Assembly (NCBI GenBank): GCA_900320855.1
Contig: ONTV01000001.1
Location: 1-45,810 of the forward strand
Direction of reading: 5' to 3'
DNA from: an uncultured Lentisphaerota bacterium
Lineage (GTDB): Bacteria; Verrucomicrobiota; Kiritimatiellia; RFP12; UBA1067
Length of the DNA: 45,810 nt
This document shows positions 18,901 through 27,206 of this stretch, in pieces. The stretch's first letter is position 1; every line of letters begins with the position of its first letter. The notes below the pieces were generated by a model. The model was not told where the DNA came from, did not search any database, and was given only the letters and a program-made list of their open reading frames with translations. The position numbers and the translations under genes are program-made.

Positions 18901-19060
18901 TGCGTTCGCCGCCGGCGCCGGCGCGGGCGCGATGAAGGCCATTGGCATCTGCACGATGTCGGGCATGCTTCTGGCGACGTTCGTCGGCATCGTCTTCGTG
19001 CCGGCCCTCTACGCCGTCTTCCAGCGCCTGCGCGAGCGGTTCACGAAGCGGCGGGGCTGA
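15959..19060 (+). CDS. RND efflux transporter, AcrB/HAE1-like inner membrane subunit
   Basis: 1033 aa. MKSVSEIFIRRPKLAWAAMIALTL, a 12-TM architecture with two large periplasmic loops, and a GSLVDDAIVVVE motif. Confidence 0.9.
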   Translation: MKSVSEIFIRRPKLAWAAMIALTLCGAICLFRTPVAEYPQIVPVTITVSCTYTGASATDLDASVGQILEDEINGVEDIWYYKSSKSSKGLYTCYCVFRPGTPSNVALMNVQNAVKRAETRLPTEVTQNGITVKKSPEDRMVMYCFVTDGREMDIMELSNFVEKQVADAISRVEGVGQVQTSGRTYAMRIWLDPVRLAGLDLSIDEIKDAILAQNVQAAAGSVGGEYANRYLNFKLNVKGRLKTKEEFENIVIRSNPQTGAQVLVKDVARVELGCKGYTIRSRFNDQPTVYFEAYKAPDANSVETAARVKKEVDKWISRLPKGVEAVLVDDSTAFTLVFLKETFKTLVIALLLVVAITYLFLQDARATFVPAIAIPISLLATFAVLYPLGYTLNVLTMFGLILVIGSLVDDAIVVVESCQSLMLREGLSAKEAAKKSMSQITGAIIATTLVTLACYLPLVFYSGMVGMMYVQFAVTMCVTLCFSTVVALVLSPVLCAYLLKPPREKPARVFAPFNWAIETFRRGYLRFVLFFIRHALVTLLLFAAFAAALWFVSGKVPTAFLPKEDRGYIMFNGRLSEGQSLERAIAVSDAIYERIREIPGVVSCTQRCGSNGMWGSGENLFQIFTRLEHWDCRKTEEKSIDTVMARIREVMADFPQVDYLLTQPAAIKGLGGSAGVGFNFCSIEGCEPEELLEAADAFVQALSTNALVQAAKHGFTCSTPQLELKLDRQKVDVLGLTPKKVFAALQNQLASYYVNDFNIKGGVYQVKLQNDPDFRVGVADIEAVRIPTADGSTVPLASLGTIEYVGGTRETMSYNKMLAAWCDVTPAPGVSSSDLMRLIETTPKPKGFDVEWGPVQSQEKENEGRLAILMAFALVFAYLFLVAQYESWTIPISVMLSVLFALVGAFAGLWLTKTDLSVYAQLGCVMLIGLAAKNAILMVEFSKQERARGLSILTSAYNGANLRFRAVQMTAWSFIIGVLPLAFAAGAGAGAMKAIGICTMSGMLLATFVGIVFVPALYAVFQRLRERFTKRRG

Positions 19061-19080
19061 TGCGTCCGCGCAACGGGCGG

Positions 19081-19092
19081 TTTTGGTATAAT
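19081..19092 (+). promoter_or_regulatory. Extended -10 promoter TTTTGGTATAAT
   Basis: 22 nt upstream of the nusB ATG. Confidence 0.65.
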
Positions 19093-19114
19093 ATCCGGCG
19101 AAAGGTTCTTTGAC

Positions 19115-19555
19115 ATGATGGCGACACGCAGACAGGCCCGCGAATGGGCGATTCAGATGTTGACGGCGGCGGACTTGAATCCCCCTCTTGACGTGGGGGC
19201 GTTCATGGCCTCCTACTGGGAGCAGATCCTCGACCTCGACGAAGAGGACGGCGGCCCTCAGCCGGCGCGCGGCAAGCTGAAGGCGTTTGCCGAAGAGCGT
19301 GTCGCCGGCGTCCTCGGGTCGCTCCAGGAGATCGACGCCCTCATCTCGTCCTTCCTCGTCGGCTGGGATCTCTACCGCCTCGGAACGATCGAGCGCGCGG
19401 TCTTGCGCCTGGGCGTCTGGGAGATGAAGAACACGGACGTCCCCAAGGCCGTCGTCATCAACGAGGCCGTCGATCTCGCGAACTGGTTCTCGGGCGCCAA
19501 GACGCGCACGATCGTCAACGGCGTCCTTGACCGGTATGCCAAGTCCCTCCAGTGA
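19115..19555 (+). CDS. nusB: Transcription antitermination factor NusB
   Basis: 146 aa. RRQAREWAIQMLT... and INEAVDLANWFSGAKTRTIVNGVLD. Confidence 0.9.
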   Translation: MMATRRQAREWAIQMLTAADLNPPLDVGAFMASYWEQILDLDEEDGGPQPARGKLKAFAEERVAGVLGSLQEIDALISSFLVGWDLYRLGTIERAVLRLGVWEMKNTDVPKAVVINEAVDLANWFSGAKTRTIVNGVLDRYAKSLQ

Positions 19556-20558
19556 CTTCATGTGGCGGGCGCTTGCGCTCGCGCGGCGCGGCTGCGGGCA
19601 CACGCGGCCGAATCCGCCCGTTGGCGCGGTCGTCGTCGCGGGCGGCGCGGTCGTCGGCGAGGGGTTCCATCGCCGGGCCGGCAGGGCCCATGCCGAAGTC
19701 GCCGCGATCGCGTGCGCGCGTCGGCGGCTGGGCGCGCGGGCCGAGGCCGTCCTCGCGGAGGCGACGCTCTACGTCACGCTGGAGCCGTGTTCCCGTCCGG
19801 GGCGCGTCGGCGCCTGCACGGACGCGATTGCCGCCGCCGGCATCCCGCGCGTCGTCTACGCCGTCGGCGACCCGAACCCGACCAATCGCGGGCGCGCGAC
19901 GCGCGTGCTGGCGGCGCGCGGCATCCGCTGCGAACGCTTTCGCGGCGACCGGCAGGTTCTTGCGGCGGCGCGCGACCTGATCGCGCCGTTCGCGAAGCAC
20001 GTGACGACGGGCCTTCCCTACGTGACGGTCAAGCTGGCGATGTCCCTGGACGGGCGCATCTGCGACGACGCGGGGCAGGCCCGCTGGATCTCGTCGGCGA
20101 CGTCGCGCGCGCACACGGGGCGTCTGCGGGCCGAGGCCGATGCGATTCTGGTCGGGGCCGAGACCGTGCGGCGCGACGACCCCTCGCTCCTGTGCCATCA
20201 GCGGCGCAATGACGACCTCGTGCGCGTCGTCGTCTCGAAGTCGGGGAAGCTGCCGCGCACGGCGCAGGTCTTTGCGGACGGAAAGAACGAGACGCTCGTC
20301 TTCCGCGACGCGGCGGAGGCGATTCGCGCGCTGGGCGCGCGGGGCTTCCTGCACGTCCTCTGCGAGGGCGGGCTGACGCTCGCGACGTCGCTCGTCGAGG
20401 CGGGGCTCGTGGACGAATGGCGGACGGTCCTTGCGCCCTGCGTCATCGGCCACCGTCCGATGCCGGCGGCGGCGCGCCTGCGGCTTGCGTCCGTGGACGT
20501 CTGCGACGCGGCGGCGGGCGACGTCCTCGTCTGCGCCCGCCGAGAAGACGGCCGCTGA
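19536..20558 (+). CDS. ribD: Bifunctional riboflavin biosynthesis deaminase/reductase RibD
   Basis: ORF 19527..20558, with an ATG at 19536 that overlaps the nusB 3' end. NPPVGAVVV, HAEVAAI and TLEPC form the deaminase zinc site, followed by the reductase domain. Confidence 0.9.
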   Translation: MPSPSSDFMWRALALARRGCGHTRPNPPVGAVVVAGGAVVGEGFHRRAGRAHAEVAAIACARRRLGARAEAVLAEATLYVTLEPCSRPGRVGACTDAIAAAGIPRVVYAVGDPNPTNRGRATRVLAARGIRCERFRGDRQVLAAARDLIAPFAKHVTTGLPYVTVKLAMSLDGRICDDAGQARWISSATSRAHTGRLRAEADAILVGAETVRRDDPSLLCHQRRNDDLVRVVVSKSGKLPRTAQVFADGKNETLVFRDAAEAIRALGARGFLHVLCEGGLTLATSLVEAGLVDEWRTVLAPCVIGHRPMPAAARLRLASVDVCDAAAGDVLVCARREDGR

Positions 20559-20588
20559 CGGGCGCACGAGTGCGAAAGGAGGAAGGGA

Positions 20589-22808
20589 ATGATGCTTGGA
20601 AAGATTCTGAAGCTTGAGGTGCGCGGCGCCTCGCACGCGCGGGCGATCCGCTTTGCGCTGGACGGCTTCCCGAAGGGGTATGCGGTCGATGCGGCGGCGC
20701 TTGCCGCGTTCATGGAACGGCGCGCGCCCGGCCGCGACCGGCTCTCGACGCAGCGGCGCGAGGCGGACGCGGTGACGTTCACGGCGGGCGTCGCGCGCGG
20801 CGTGACGACGGGCGGGACGGTTCGCGGCGAGATCCGGAACACGAACGCGCGTCCGGCGGACTACGGCGTCGGGCGCACGGTGCCGCGTCCCGGCCACGCC
20901 GACTTCGGCCAGTGGATCGAGACGGGCATCATCCCGACGGGCGGCGGAAAGAACTCCGGGCGGCTCACGGCGGCCCTCTGCGCGGCGGGCGGGCTCTGCA
21001 AGCAGTTCCTCGCGGCGCGCGGCGTCGCGGTCGAGGCGACGGTCGAGTCGATCCACGGCGAGACGGACGCGCGGCGGCAGGTGCACGCGATCGAGGCGGC
21101 GCGCGACGCGGGCGACTCCGTCGGCGGCTGGGTCGTCTGCACGGCGACGGGCCTTCCCGCCGGACTGGGCGGCGCGCTCGCGGACGGGCTGGAATCGCCG
21201 CTCGCCGCCGCGCTCTTCGCGATTCCCGGCGTGAAGGCGGTGAGCTTCGGCGACGGGCTCAAGGCCCCGGAGATGCTGGGCAGCGAATTCAACGACGCCT
21301 TCGTGGTCGGAACGGGCGGCGCCGTGCGGACGGCGACGAACCGGCAGGGCGGCATTCTCGGCGGGCGGACGAGCGGCATGCCGGTCACGTTCCACGTCGC
21401 GCTGCGTCCGACGCCGACGGTCTACAAGGCGCAGCCGTCGGTCGATCTCGTGACGCGGCAGCCCGCGACGCTCGCGATGAAGGGCCGCCACGACCCGTGC
21501 ATCGTCCGCCGCGCCGTGCCGGTCGTCGAGGCCGTCGCCGCGTTTGCGCTGGCGGACGCGATCCTGGCGGACGAGGCGGCGCGTCCGCGCATCTGCCTGA
21601 CGCTCACGGGCGCGACGCTGGCGGAAGACCTCGCGCAGTACGAGTCGCAGCGCGACTTCACCGACATGGTCGAGCTGCGCATCGATCTCCTCAAGCCGTC
21701 CGAGCGCAGGAAGGCGAAGGACTTCCCGAAGCGCCTGCCGCCGGGGCTGCCGGTCATCTTCACGAAGGACATCGACCACACCGTCCTCTCGGACGGACGG
21801 CGCATCAACCCCGTCCACGACTTCACGGGACCCGTGAAGCACATCGACCGGAAGTGCCGCGAGCTTTCGGGAAAGGCGGGCGCGATCGCGAAGGTCGCCT
21901 GCCAGCCGAAGTCGATGGCGGACGTCGCGCGGCTCTTCCGCGAGACGAAGGACTTGACGGACGTGCCGCACGTCACGCTCGCGATGGGCGCGCAGGGGCT
22001 GGCGACGCGCGTCCTGGCGGGGCGGACGCGGTCGCTCTGGACGTACTGCTCGGTCGGCGGGCTTGAGTCGATCGGGCACATCTCGCCGGAGGAACTGGTG
22101 CGGACGTACCGCTTCCGTGCGGTTTCGCGCGAGGCGACGCTCTTTGGCGTGACGGGCTGGCCGCTCAAGAAGACGCGCTCGCCCGAACTCCACAACGCCG
22201 CGTTCGCGACAGAGGACGAGGACGCGGTGATGGTGCCGTTCCCGGCGAAGACGGCGCGCGAGGCGCTCGCCTTCATGAAGGCGATGGGGATGCGGGGGCT
22301 GGCCGTCACGATTCCGCACAAGCAGGCGGTCCTGCCGCTTCTGGATCGGGTCGATCCGCTCGCGAAGAAGATCGGCGCGGTGAACACCGTCTCGTTCGAG
22401 GGCGGCAAGTACGTCGGCTACAACACGGACGTCGCGGGCTTCTCGGAGGCCCTCGTCGCGTTCGCGGGCGACTTGCGCGGGAAGCGCGCGGCCGTCCTCG
22501 GCGACGGCGGCGCGGCGCAGGCCGTGAAGGCCGCGCTCAAGGCGCTGGGCGTCCGCTTCGAGGTCTTCCACCGCCGGACGCCGCGCGCGGGTTTCGACCT
22601 CCTCGTCAACGCGACGCCGGTCGATCCGATCCCGGACTACGTCTTCACGGGGCGCGAGCTCGTCTATGACCTCGGCTACGTGCCGGCGGTGACGCCGCTG
22701 ATGGCGCGCGCGGCGGCGGCCGGCTGCCGCGTCGAGAACGGCTTTTCGATGCTCCAGGCCCAGGCGCGCGAGCAGCGGCGGATCTGGTCGTCCGGCTCCC
22801 GGCTCTGA
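20589..22808 (+). CDS. Fusion protein: chorismate synthase (aa 1 to ~333) + shortened type I 3-dehydroquinate dehydratase module (~334-505) + shikimate dehydrogenase (~515-739)
   Basis: A single 739-aa ORF. AroC part: RRAPGRDRLSTQRREADAV, RPGHADF, NSGRLTAA, MKGRHDPC. AroD part: ICLTLTG, VELRIDLL, PVIFT, VHDF, AIAKVA. AroE part: LFGVTGWPLKKTRSPELHNAAF, AVTIPHK, GAVNTV, GYNTD, LGDGGAAQAV. Confidence 0.85.
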   Translation: MMLGKILKLEVRGASHARAIRFALDGFPKGYAVDAAALAAFMERRAPGRDRLSTQRREADAVTFTAGVARGVTTGGTVRGEIRNTNARPADYGVGRTVPRPGHADFGQWIETGIIPTGGGKNSGRLTAALCAAGGLCKQFLAARGVAVEATVESIHGETDARRQVHAIEAARDAGDSVGGWVVCTATGLPAGLGGALADGLESPLAAALFAIPGVKAVSFGDGLKAPEMLGSEFNDAFVVGTGGAVRTATNRQGGILGGRTSGMPVTFHVALRPTPTVYKAQPSVDLVTRQPATLAMKGRHDPCIVRRAVPVVEAVAAFALADAILADEAARPRICLTLTGATLAEDLAQYESQRDFTDMVELRIDLLKPSERRKAKDFPKRLPPGLPVIFTKDIDHTVLSDGRRINPVHDFTGPVKHIDRKCRELSGKAGAIAKVACQPKSMADVARLFRETKDLTDVPHVTLAMGAQGLATRVLAGRTRSLWTYCSVGGLESIGHISPEELVRTYRFRAVSREATLFGVTGWPLKKTRSPELHNAAFATEDEDAVMVPFPAKTAREALAFMKAMGMRGLAVTIPHKQAVLPLLDRVDPLAKKIGAVNTVSFEGGKYVGYNTDVAGFSEALVAFAGDLRGKRAAVLGDGGAAQAVKAALKALGVRFEVFHRRTPRAGFDLLVNATPVDPIPDYVFTGRELVYDLGYVPAVTPLMARAAAAGCRVENGFSMLQAQAREQRRIWSSGSRL

Positions 22809-22850
22809 GTCCCGGACGGTGTGGTGACGACGCGGCCGGGCGCTGTCTCG

Positions 22851-22862
22851 TTTTGGTATAAT
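22851..22862 (+). promoter_or_regulatory. Extended -10 promoter TTTTGGTATAAT
   Basis: 75 nt upstream of the malic enzyme ATG. Confidence 0.65.
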
Positions 22863-22878
22863 ACGCCGTCGAGGGCTG

Positions 22879-22909
22879 GCGCGGACGGCGGAGGGTTCGT
22901 CGTCCGCGC
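22879..22909 (+). promoter_or_regulatory. 5'-UTR hairpin (9-bp GC stem GCGCGGACG/CGTCCGCGC, 13-nt loop)
   Basis: The arms are perfectly complementary (22879-22887 and 22901-22909). It lies between the putative -10 and the GGAGGA RBS of the malic enzyme gene. Confidence 0.35.
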
Positions 22910-22937
22910 GTGGCCTTGAATCTCCAGGAGGAATCCC

Positions 22938-24215
22938 ATGGCCTTTTCGCGCGAAGACGTTTTGAAGTACCACAAGGGCGGCAAGGTGGCGGTCACGCTG
23001 CCGAAGCCGCTCCAGACGAAGGACGACCTGTGCCTGGCCTACACGCCGGGCGTCGCCCACGCGGTGAAGGAGATCGCCGCGAATCCGTCGTCCGTCTACG
23101 ACGTGACGGCGAAGTCGAACCTCGTCGCCGTCGTCTCGGACGGCACGGCGATCCTCGGCCTCGGCGACCTCGGCGCGACGGCGTCGATTCCCGTCATGGA
23201 GGGGAAGGCCGTCCTCTTCAAGAGCTTCGCGGGCGTCGACGCCTGGCCCGTGCCGCTCAATGCCTGCCGCGCCGGCGGGGCGAACGTGGGCAAGACCGAC
23301 CCGGAGCGCGTCATCGCGGCCGTGAAGGCGATTGCGCCGCAGTACGGCGGCATCAACCTGGAGGACATCGCCGCGCCCGCCTGCTTCGAGATCGAGGACC
23401 GGCTTGACGCCGAGCTCGACATTCCCGTCTTCCACGACGACCAGTGGGGCACGGCGGTCATTGCGCTTGCGGGCGTCATGAACTTCGCGACGCTCGCCGG
23501 CAAGGACCTGAAGGTGCTCAAGGTCGTCGTCAACGGCGCGGGCGCGGCGGGCACGCGCATCGCCGACATGCTCAAGGCCGCCGGCGTCGTCGATCTCACG
23601 ATGTTCGACATCCGGGGCGTCCTCGCGACGACGCGCACCGACCTCTCGCGGCAGAACGCCGCCCACGCGCGCGACGTGCCCGAAGACCTGACGCGGCGTG
23701 CGGCCCTCGCGGGGGCGGACGTCTTCATCGGCGTCTCCGCCGCGAACGTCCTGTCGGGCGACGACGTGCGGGCGATGGGCGACTTCCCGGCGATCTTCGC
23801 GATGGCGAACCCCGATCCGGAGATCACGCCGGAGGCGGTCGCGAAGGCGCTCGCCGGGCGTCGGTACGTGATGGTGACGGGGCGCAGCGACTACCCGAAC
23901 CAGATCAACAACGTCCTCGGCTTCCCGTACCTCTTCCGGGGCGCGCTCGACGTGCGCGCGACGACGATCAACACGGCGATGAAGGTCGCGGCGGCCCATG
24001 CGCTCGCCGCGCTCGCGCGCGAGCCGGTGACGGACGAGGTGAAGGCGCTCTATCCGAACGAGACGCTCGAATTCGGGACGGGCTACCTCATTCCGAAGCC
24101 GTTCGACCGCCGTCTGCTCGTCGAGGTCTCGTCCGCCGTCGCGGCGGCGGCGATGGACAGCGGCGTCGCGCGCCAGCGAATCGACCTTGAGGCCTACCGC
24201 GCCGCGCTCGCGTAG
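22938..24215 (+). CDS. NAD(P)-dependent malic enzyme (short form, no PTA domain)
   Basis: 425 aa. LAYTPGVA, VVSDGTAILGLGDLG, PVMEGKAVLFK, GGINLEDI, VVNGAGAAG. Confidence 0.92.
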   Translation: MAFSREDVLKYHKGGKVAVTLPKPLQTKDDLCLAYTPGVAHAVKEIAANPSSVYDVTAKSNLVAVVSDGTAILGLGDLGATASIPVMEGKAVLFKSFAGVDAWPVPLNACRAGGANVGKTDPERVIAAVKAIAPQYGGINLEDIAAPACFEIEDRLDAELDIPVFHDDQWGTAVIALAGVMNFATLAGKDLKVLKVVVNGAGAAGTRIADMLKAAGVVDLTMFDIRGVLATTRTDLSRQNAAHARDVPEDLTRRAALAGADVFIGVSAANVLSGDDVRAMGDFPAIFAMANPDPEITPEAVAKALAGRRYVMVTGRSDYPNQINNVLGFPYLFRGALDVRATTINTAMKVAAAHALAALAREPVTDEVKALYPNETLEFGTGYLIPKPFDRRLLVEVSSAVAAAAMDSGVARQRIDLEAYRAALA

Positions 24216-24252
24216 CGGGCGTGACGGGCGGCGCGGTCACCGCGAACGGAAA

Positions 24253-24264
24253 ATATGGTATAAT
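24253..24264 (+). promoter_or_regulatory. Extended -10 promoter ATATGGTATAAT
   Basis: 69 nt upstream of the rhaA ATG. Confidence 0.6.
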
Positions 24265-24333
24265 GCCGAAAATGGAAAACGCGGGGCACGGCCCTTGCGG
24301 AAACAACGTCCACAACGAAAGGAACAGACGGGC

Positions 24334-25572
24334 ATGAGCTACGCGGAAGCGAAGAAACGGTATGCGAAGATTGGCATCGACACCGAGAAGGTGCTGAAGG
24401 ATCTCGCGAAGGTCTCCATCTCCCTCCACTGCTGGCAGGGCGACGACGTCGGCGGCTTCGAGACGACGGGCGGCGCCTCGGGCGGCATCCAGACGACGGG
24501 CAACTACCCGGGCAAGGCGCGCACGCCGGACGAGCTCATGCAGGATCTCGCGTTCGCGCTCTCGCTCATCCCCGGCAAGCACCGCGTGAACCTCCACGCC
24601 TGCTATGGCATCCACACGGGCGAGGTCACGGACCGCGACCGGCTCTCGAAGGAGAACTTCGCGCCGTGGGTGAAGTGGGCGAAGAAGACGGGCGTCAAGC
24701 TCGACTTCAACCCGACGTTCTTCTCGCATCCGAAGGCGGCGGACGGCCTGACGCTCTCCAGCCCCGACCCGAAGGTGCGCGCGTTCTGGGTCGAGCACGG
24801 CAAGCGCTGCCTTGAGATCGCGGAGTACTTCGCGAAGGAGCTCAAGTCGCCGTGCGGCGTCAACTTCTGGTGCCCGGACGGCTACAAGGACGAGCCGTCG
24901 GACCGCCTCGGGCCGCGCCAGCGCATGGCCGACTCGCTCGACAGGATCTTCGCGTGCAAGTACGACCGGAAGGCGGTCGTCCCGTTCCTCGAGTCGAAGC
25001 TCTTCGGCATCGGCGTCGAGAGCTACACGGTGAACTCGCACGAGTTCGTGATGGGCTACGCGATGAAGGCGAAGATCCTCGCCCTCCTCGACATGGGCCA
25101 CTTCCACCTCACCGAGTCGGTCGCGGACAAGATCAGCTCGTTCCTGATGACGTTCGGCAAGGTCGCGTTCCACATCTCGCGCCCCGTCCGCTGGGACTCC
25201 GACCACGTCATCCGCCAGAACGACGACCTCCGCGCCTGCGCGCAGGAGATCGTGAAGATGGACCCGAAGAACTTCATCATCGCGCTCGACTACTTCGACG
25301 CGTCGATCAACCGCGTCGCGGCGTGGGTCCTCGGTATGCGCAACATGCAGAAGGAGCTGCTCAAGGCGATGCTCACGCCGTGGAAGGACCTCACGAAGCT
25401 CCAGAACGCGGGCCGCTTCACCGAGCAGCTCGTCCTTCAGGAGGAGTACAAGAACTATCCGGCCGAGGAAGTCTGGGCGGAGTTCTGCGCGCGCGCGGGC
25501 GTCGTCGCCGACGAGGCGTGGCTCAAGTCCGTCGCGGCGTACGAGAAGGACGTCCTCTCGAAGCGGGGCTAA
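24334..25572 (+). CDS. rhaA: L-rhamnose isomerase
   Basis: ORF 24187..25572, trimmed to the ATG at 24334 (MSYAEAKKRYAKIGIDTEKVL, ISLHCWQGDDVGGFE). Confidence 0.88.
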   Translation: MSYAEAKKRYAKIGIDTEKVLKDLAKVSISLHCWQGDDVGGFETTGGASGGIQTTGNYPGKARTPDELMQDLAFALSLIPGKHRVNLHACYGIHTGEVTDRDRLSKENFAPWVKWAKKTGVKLDFNPTFFSHPKAADGLTLSSPDPKVRAFWVEHGKRCLEIAEYFAKELKSPCGVNFWCPDGYKDEPSDRLGPRQRMADSLDRIFACKYDRKAVVPFLESKLFGIGVESYTVNSHEFVMGYAMKAKILALLDMGHFHLTESVADKISSFLMTFGKVAFHISRPVRWDSDHVIRQNDDLRACAQEIVKMDPKNFIIALDYFDASINRVAAWVLGMRNMQKELLKAMLTPWKDLTKLQNAGRFTEQLVLQEEYKNYPAEEVWAEFCARAGVVADEAWLKSVAAYEKDVLSKRG

Positions 25573-25575
25573 GCC

Positions 25576-26604
25576 ATGGACGCGATGGCGGGCACTCTCG
25601 TCTGTGCGCTGGGCGGCATCGCCGGAGCGACGTTCGCGCTGCCGTTTCGCGGCGTGAAGGGCATGCGGTACGAATCGTACTGGTTCGTCTACGCCCTCGT
25701 CGGGCTCGTGCTCTTTCCGCTGGTGCTGGCGGCCGTGACGTGTCCGGGCGCCCTCGGAATCATTCGGGGCGCCGACGCGGCGACGCTGGGGCGCTGCATC
25801 GGCTTCGGTGCGCTCTGGGGATTCGGCGGCCTCACGTGGGGGCTGATGATCCGCTACCTCGGCATCGGGCTGGGGCTGGCGATCGGCTGCGGGCTCTGCT
25901 CGGCGACGGGGACGCTCATCCCGCCGATCGTGACGGGGCACGCGGCCGATCTCTTCAAGGACACGGCCGCCGTCGTGACGTTCGTCTCCGTCGTCGTTTC
26001 CCTCCTCGGCATCGTGCTCGTCGGCCTGGCGGGCCAGATGAAGGAAGGGGAACTCGACGAGGCGGCGAAGAAGAAGGCCGTCGCCGAGTTCGACTTCAAG
26101 AAGGGGCTGGTGGTCGCGCTCTTCTCGGGCATCGCCTCCGCCGGAATGAACTTTGGCCTTCAGGGCGGCGTGGCCCTTGAACGGGCGGCGGCCGCCGCCG
26201 GCATTGACGCGAAGTGGACGGGGATGCCGGTTCTCGTCCTCGTCCTCTGGGGCGGCTTTGTCGTCAACGCGGCGTGGTGCCTCTGGCAGAACGCGAAGAA
26301 CGGCTCGTTCGGCGACTACGCCGTCGGGCTCAAGCGCGTCGCGCCGGTTGCCCTGGCGGCGCTGTCGGGGGTGATCTGGGTCTGCCAGTTCGCGTGCCAA
26401 AAGGTCGGCGAACCCGCCATGGGCGAGATGCGCTACATCTCCTTTGCCGTCGTGATGGGCAGCTGCGTCCTCTTCAGCTCGCTCCTCGGCGTCCTGCTCG
26501 GCGAATGGAAGGGCACGTGCGCAAAGACGAAGGCCGCGCTCGGCGCGGGGCTTCTCGTCCTCGCCGTCTCGATCGGCCTGGCGGTCGTCGCGAAGACGGT
26601 CTGA
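25576..26604 (+). CDS. rhaT: L-rhamnose/H+ symporter RhaT family
   Basis: 342 aa and 10 TM. It begins FALPFRGVKGMRYESYWFVYALVG and sits immediately after rhaA. Confidence 0.8.
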   Translation: MDAMAGTLVCALGGIAGATFALPFRGVKGMRYESYWFVYALVGLVLFPLVLAAVTCPGALGIIRGADAATLGRCIGFGALWGFGGLTWGLMIRYLGIGLGLAIGCGLCSATGTLIPPIVTGHAADLFKDTAAVVTFVSVVVSLLGIVLVGLAGQMKEGELDEAAKKKAVAEFDFKKGLVVALFSGIASAGMNFGLQGGVALERAAAAAGIDAKWTGMPVLVLVLWGGFVVNAAWCLWQNAKNGSFGDYAVGLKRVAPVALAALSGVIWVCQFACQKVGEPAMGEMRYISFAVVMGSCVLFSSLLGVLLGEWKGTCAKTKAALGAGLLVLAVSIGLAVVAKTV

Positions 26605-26605
26605 G

Positions 26606-27190
26606 ATGAAGATACTCGCAGGTCTCGGCAATCCCGGCGCACAGTACGCCAACACGCCCCACTCCGTCGGCTTCGAGGCGGTGGACGCGCTGGCCGCCGC
26701 CGTCGGCGTTGCGTGGGAGGAGAAGCGGCCGTTCAAGTGCCTGATGGCGAAGGTCGTCCTTGCCGGCGTACCGACGCTGCTCGTCAAGCCGCAGACGTTC
26801 ATGAACCTCTCGGGCGAGTCGGTCGCGCCGGTCGTGAAGTACCACAACGCGACGCCCGCCGACCTCCTCGTCGTCCAGGACGACATCGACCTCGCCGTCG
26901 GGCGCCTCCGCATCCGCATGGGCGGCAGCTGCGGCGGGCACAACGGCGTCCGGAACATCATCGAGCGGCTGGGGACGCCGAACTTCACGCGCCTCAAGAT
27001 CGGTGTCGGCAAGGACCGGGCGAACGTGATTGCGCACGTCCTCGGCAAGTTCGACCCCGAAGCGCGCGCCGTCATGGACCGCGCGGTCGCCGCCGCCGCC
27101 GAGGCGGCCATTGCGATCGTGCGGGACGGCCCGGCGCGCGCGATGAACCTCTACAACGGCTTCGACGCGACGCGTCCGCCGCAGGCTTGA
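26606..27190 (+). CDS. pth: Peptidyl-tRNA hydrolase
   Basis: MKILAGLGNPGAQYANTPHSVGF, FMNLSGESV, QDDIDLAVGRLRIR, GGHNG. Confidence 0.95.
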   Translation: MKILAGLGNPGAQYANTPHSVGFEAVDALAAAVGVAWEEKRPFKCLMAKVVLAGVPTLLVKPQTFMNLSGESVAPVVKYHNATPADLLVVQDDIDLAVGRLRIRMGGSCGGHNGVRNIIERLGTPNFTRLKIGVGKDRANVIAHVLGKFDPEARAVMDRAVAAAAEAAIAIVRDGPARAMNLYNGFDATRPPQA

Positions 27191-27206
27191 ACTTCAAGGA
27201 GAGACT

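Noticed and set aside
19061-19084. Possible terminator hairpin after the RND gene (CCGC..GCGG followed by TTTT). Similar weak stems lie before the T-tracts at 22810-22854 and 24216-24250.
   Set aside because: The stems are only 4-5 bp, with mismatches or bulges. The T-runs are better explained as part of the promoter motif. Only the 41486-41535 hairpin is convincing.
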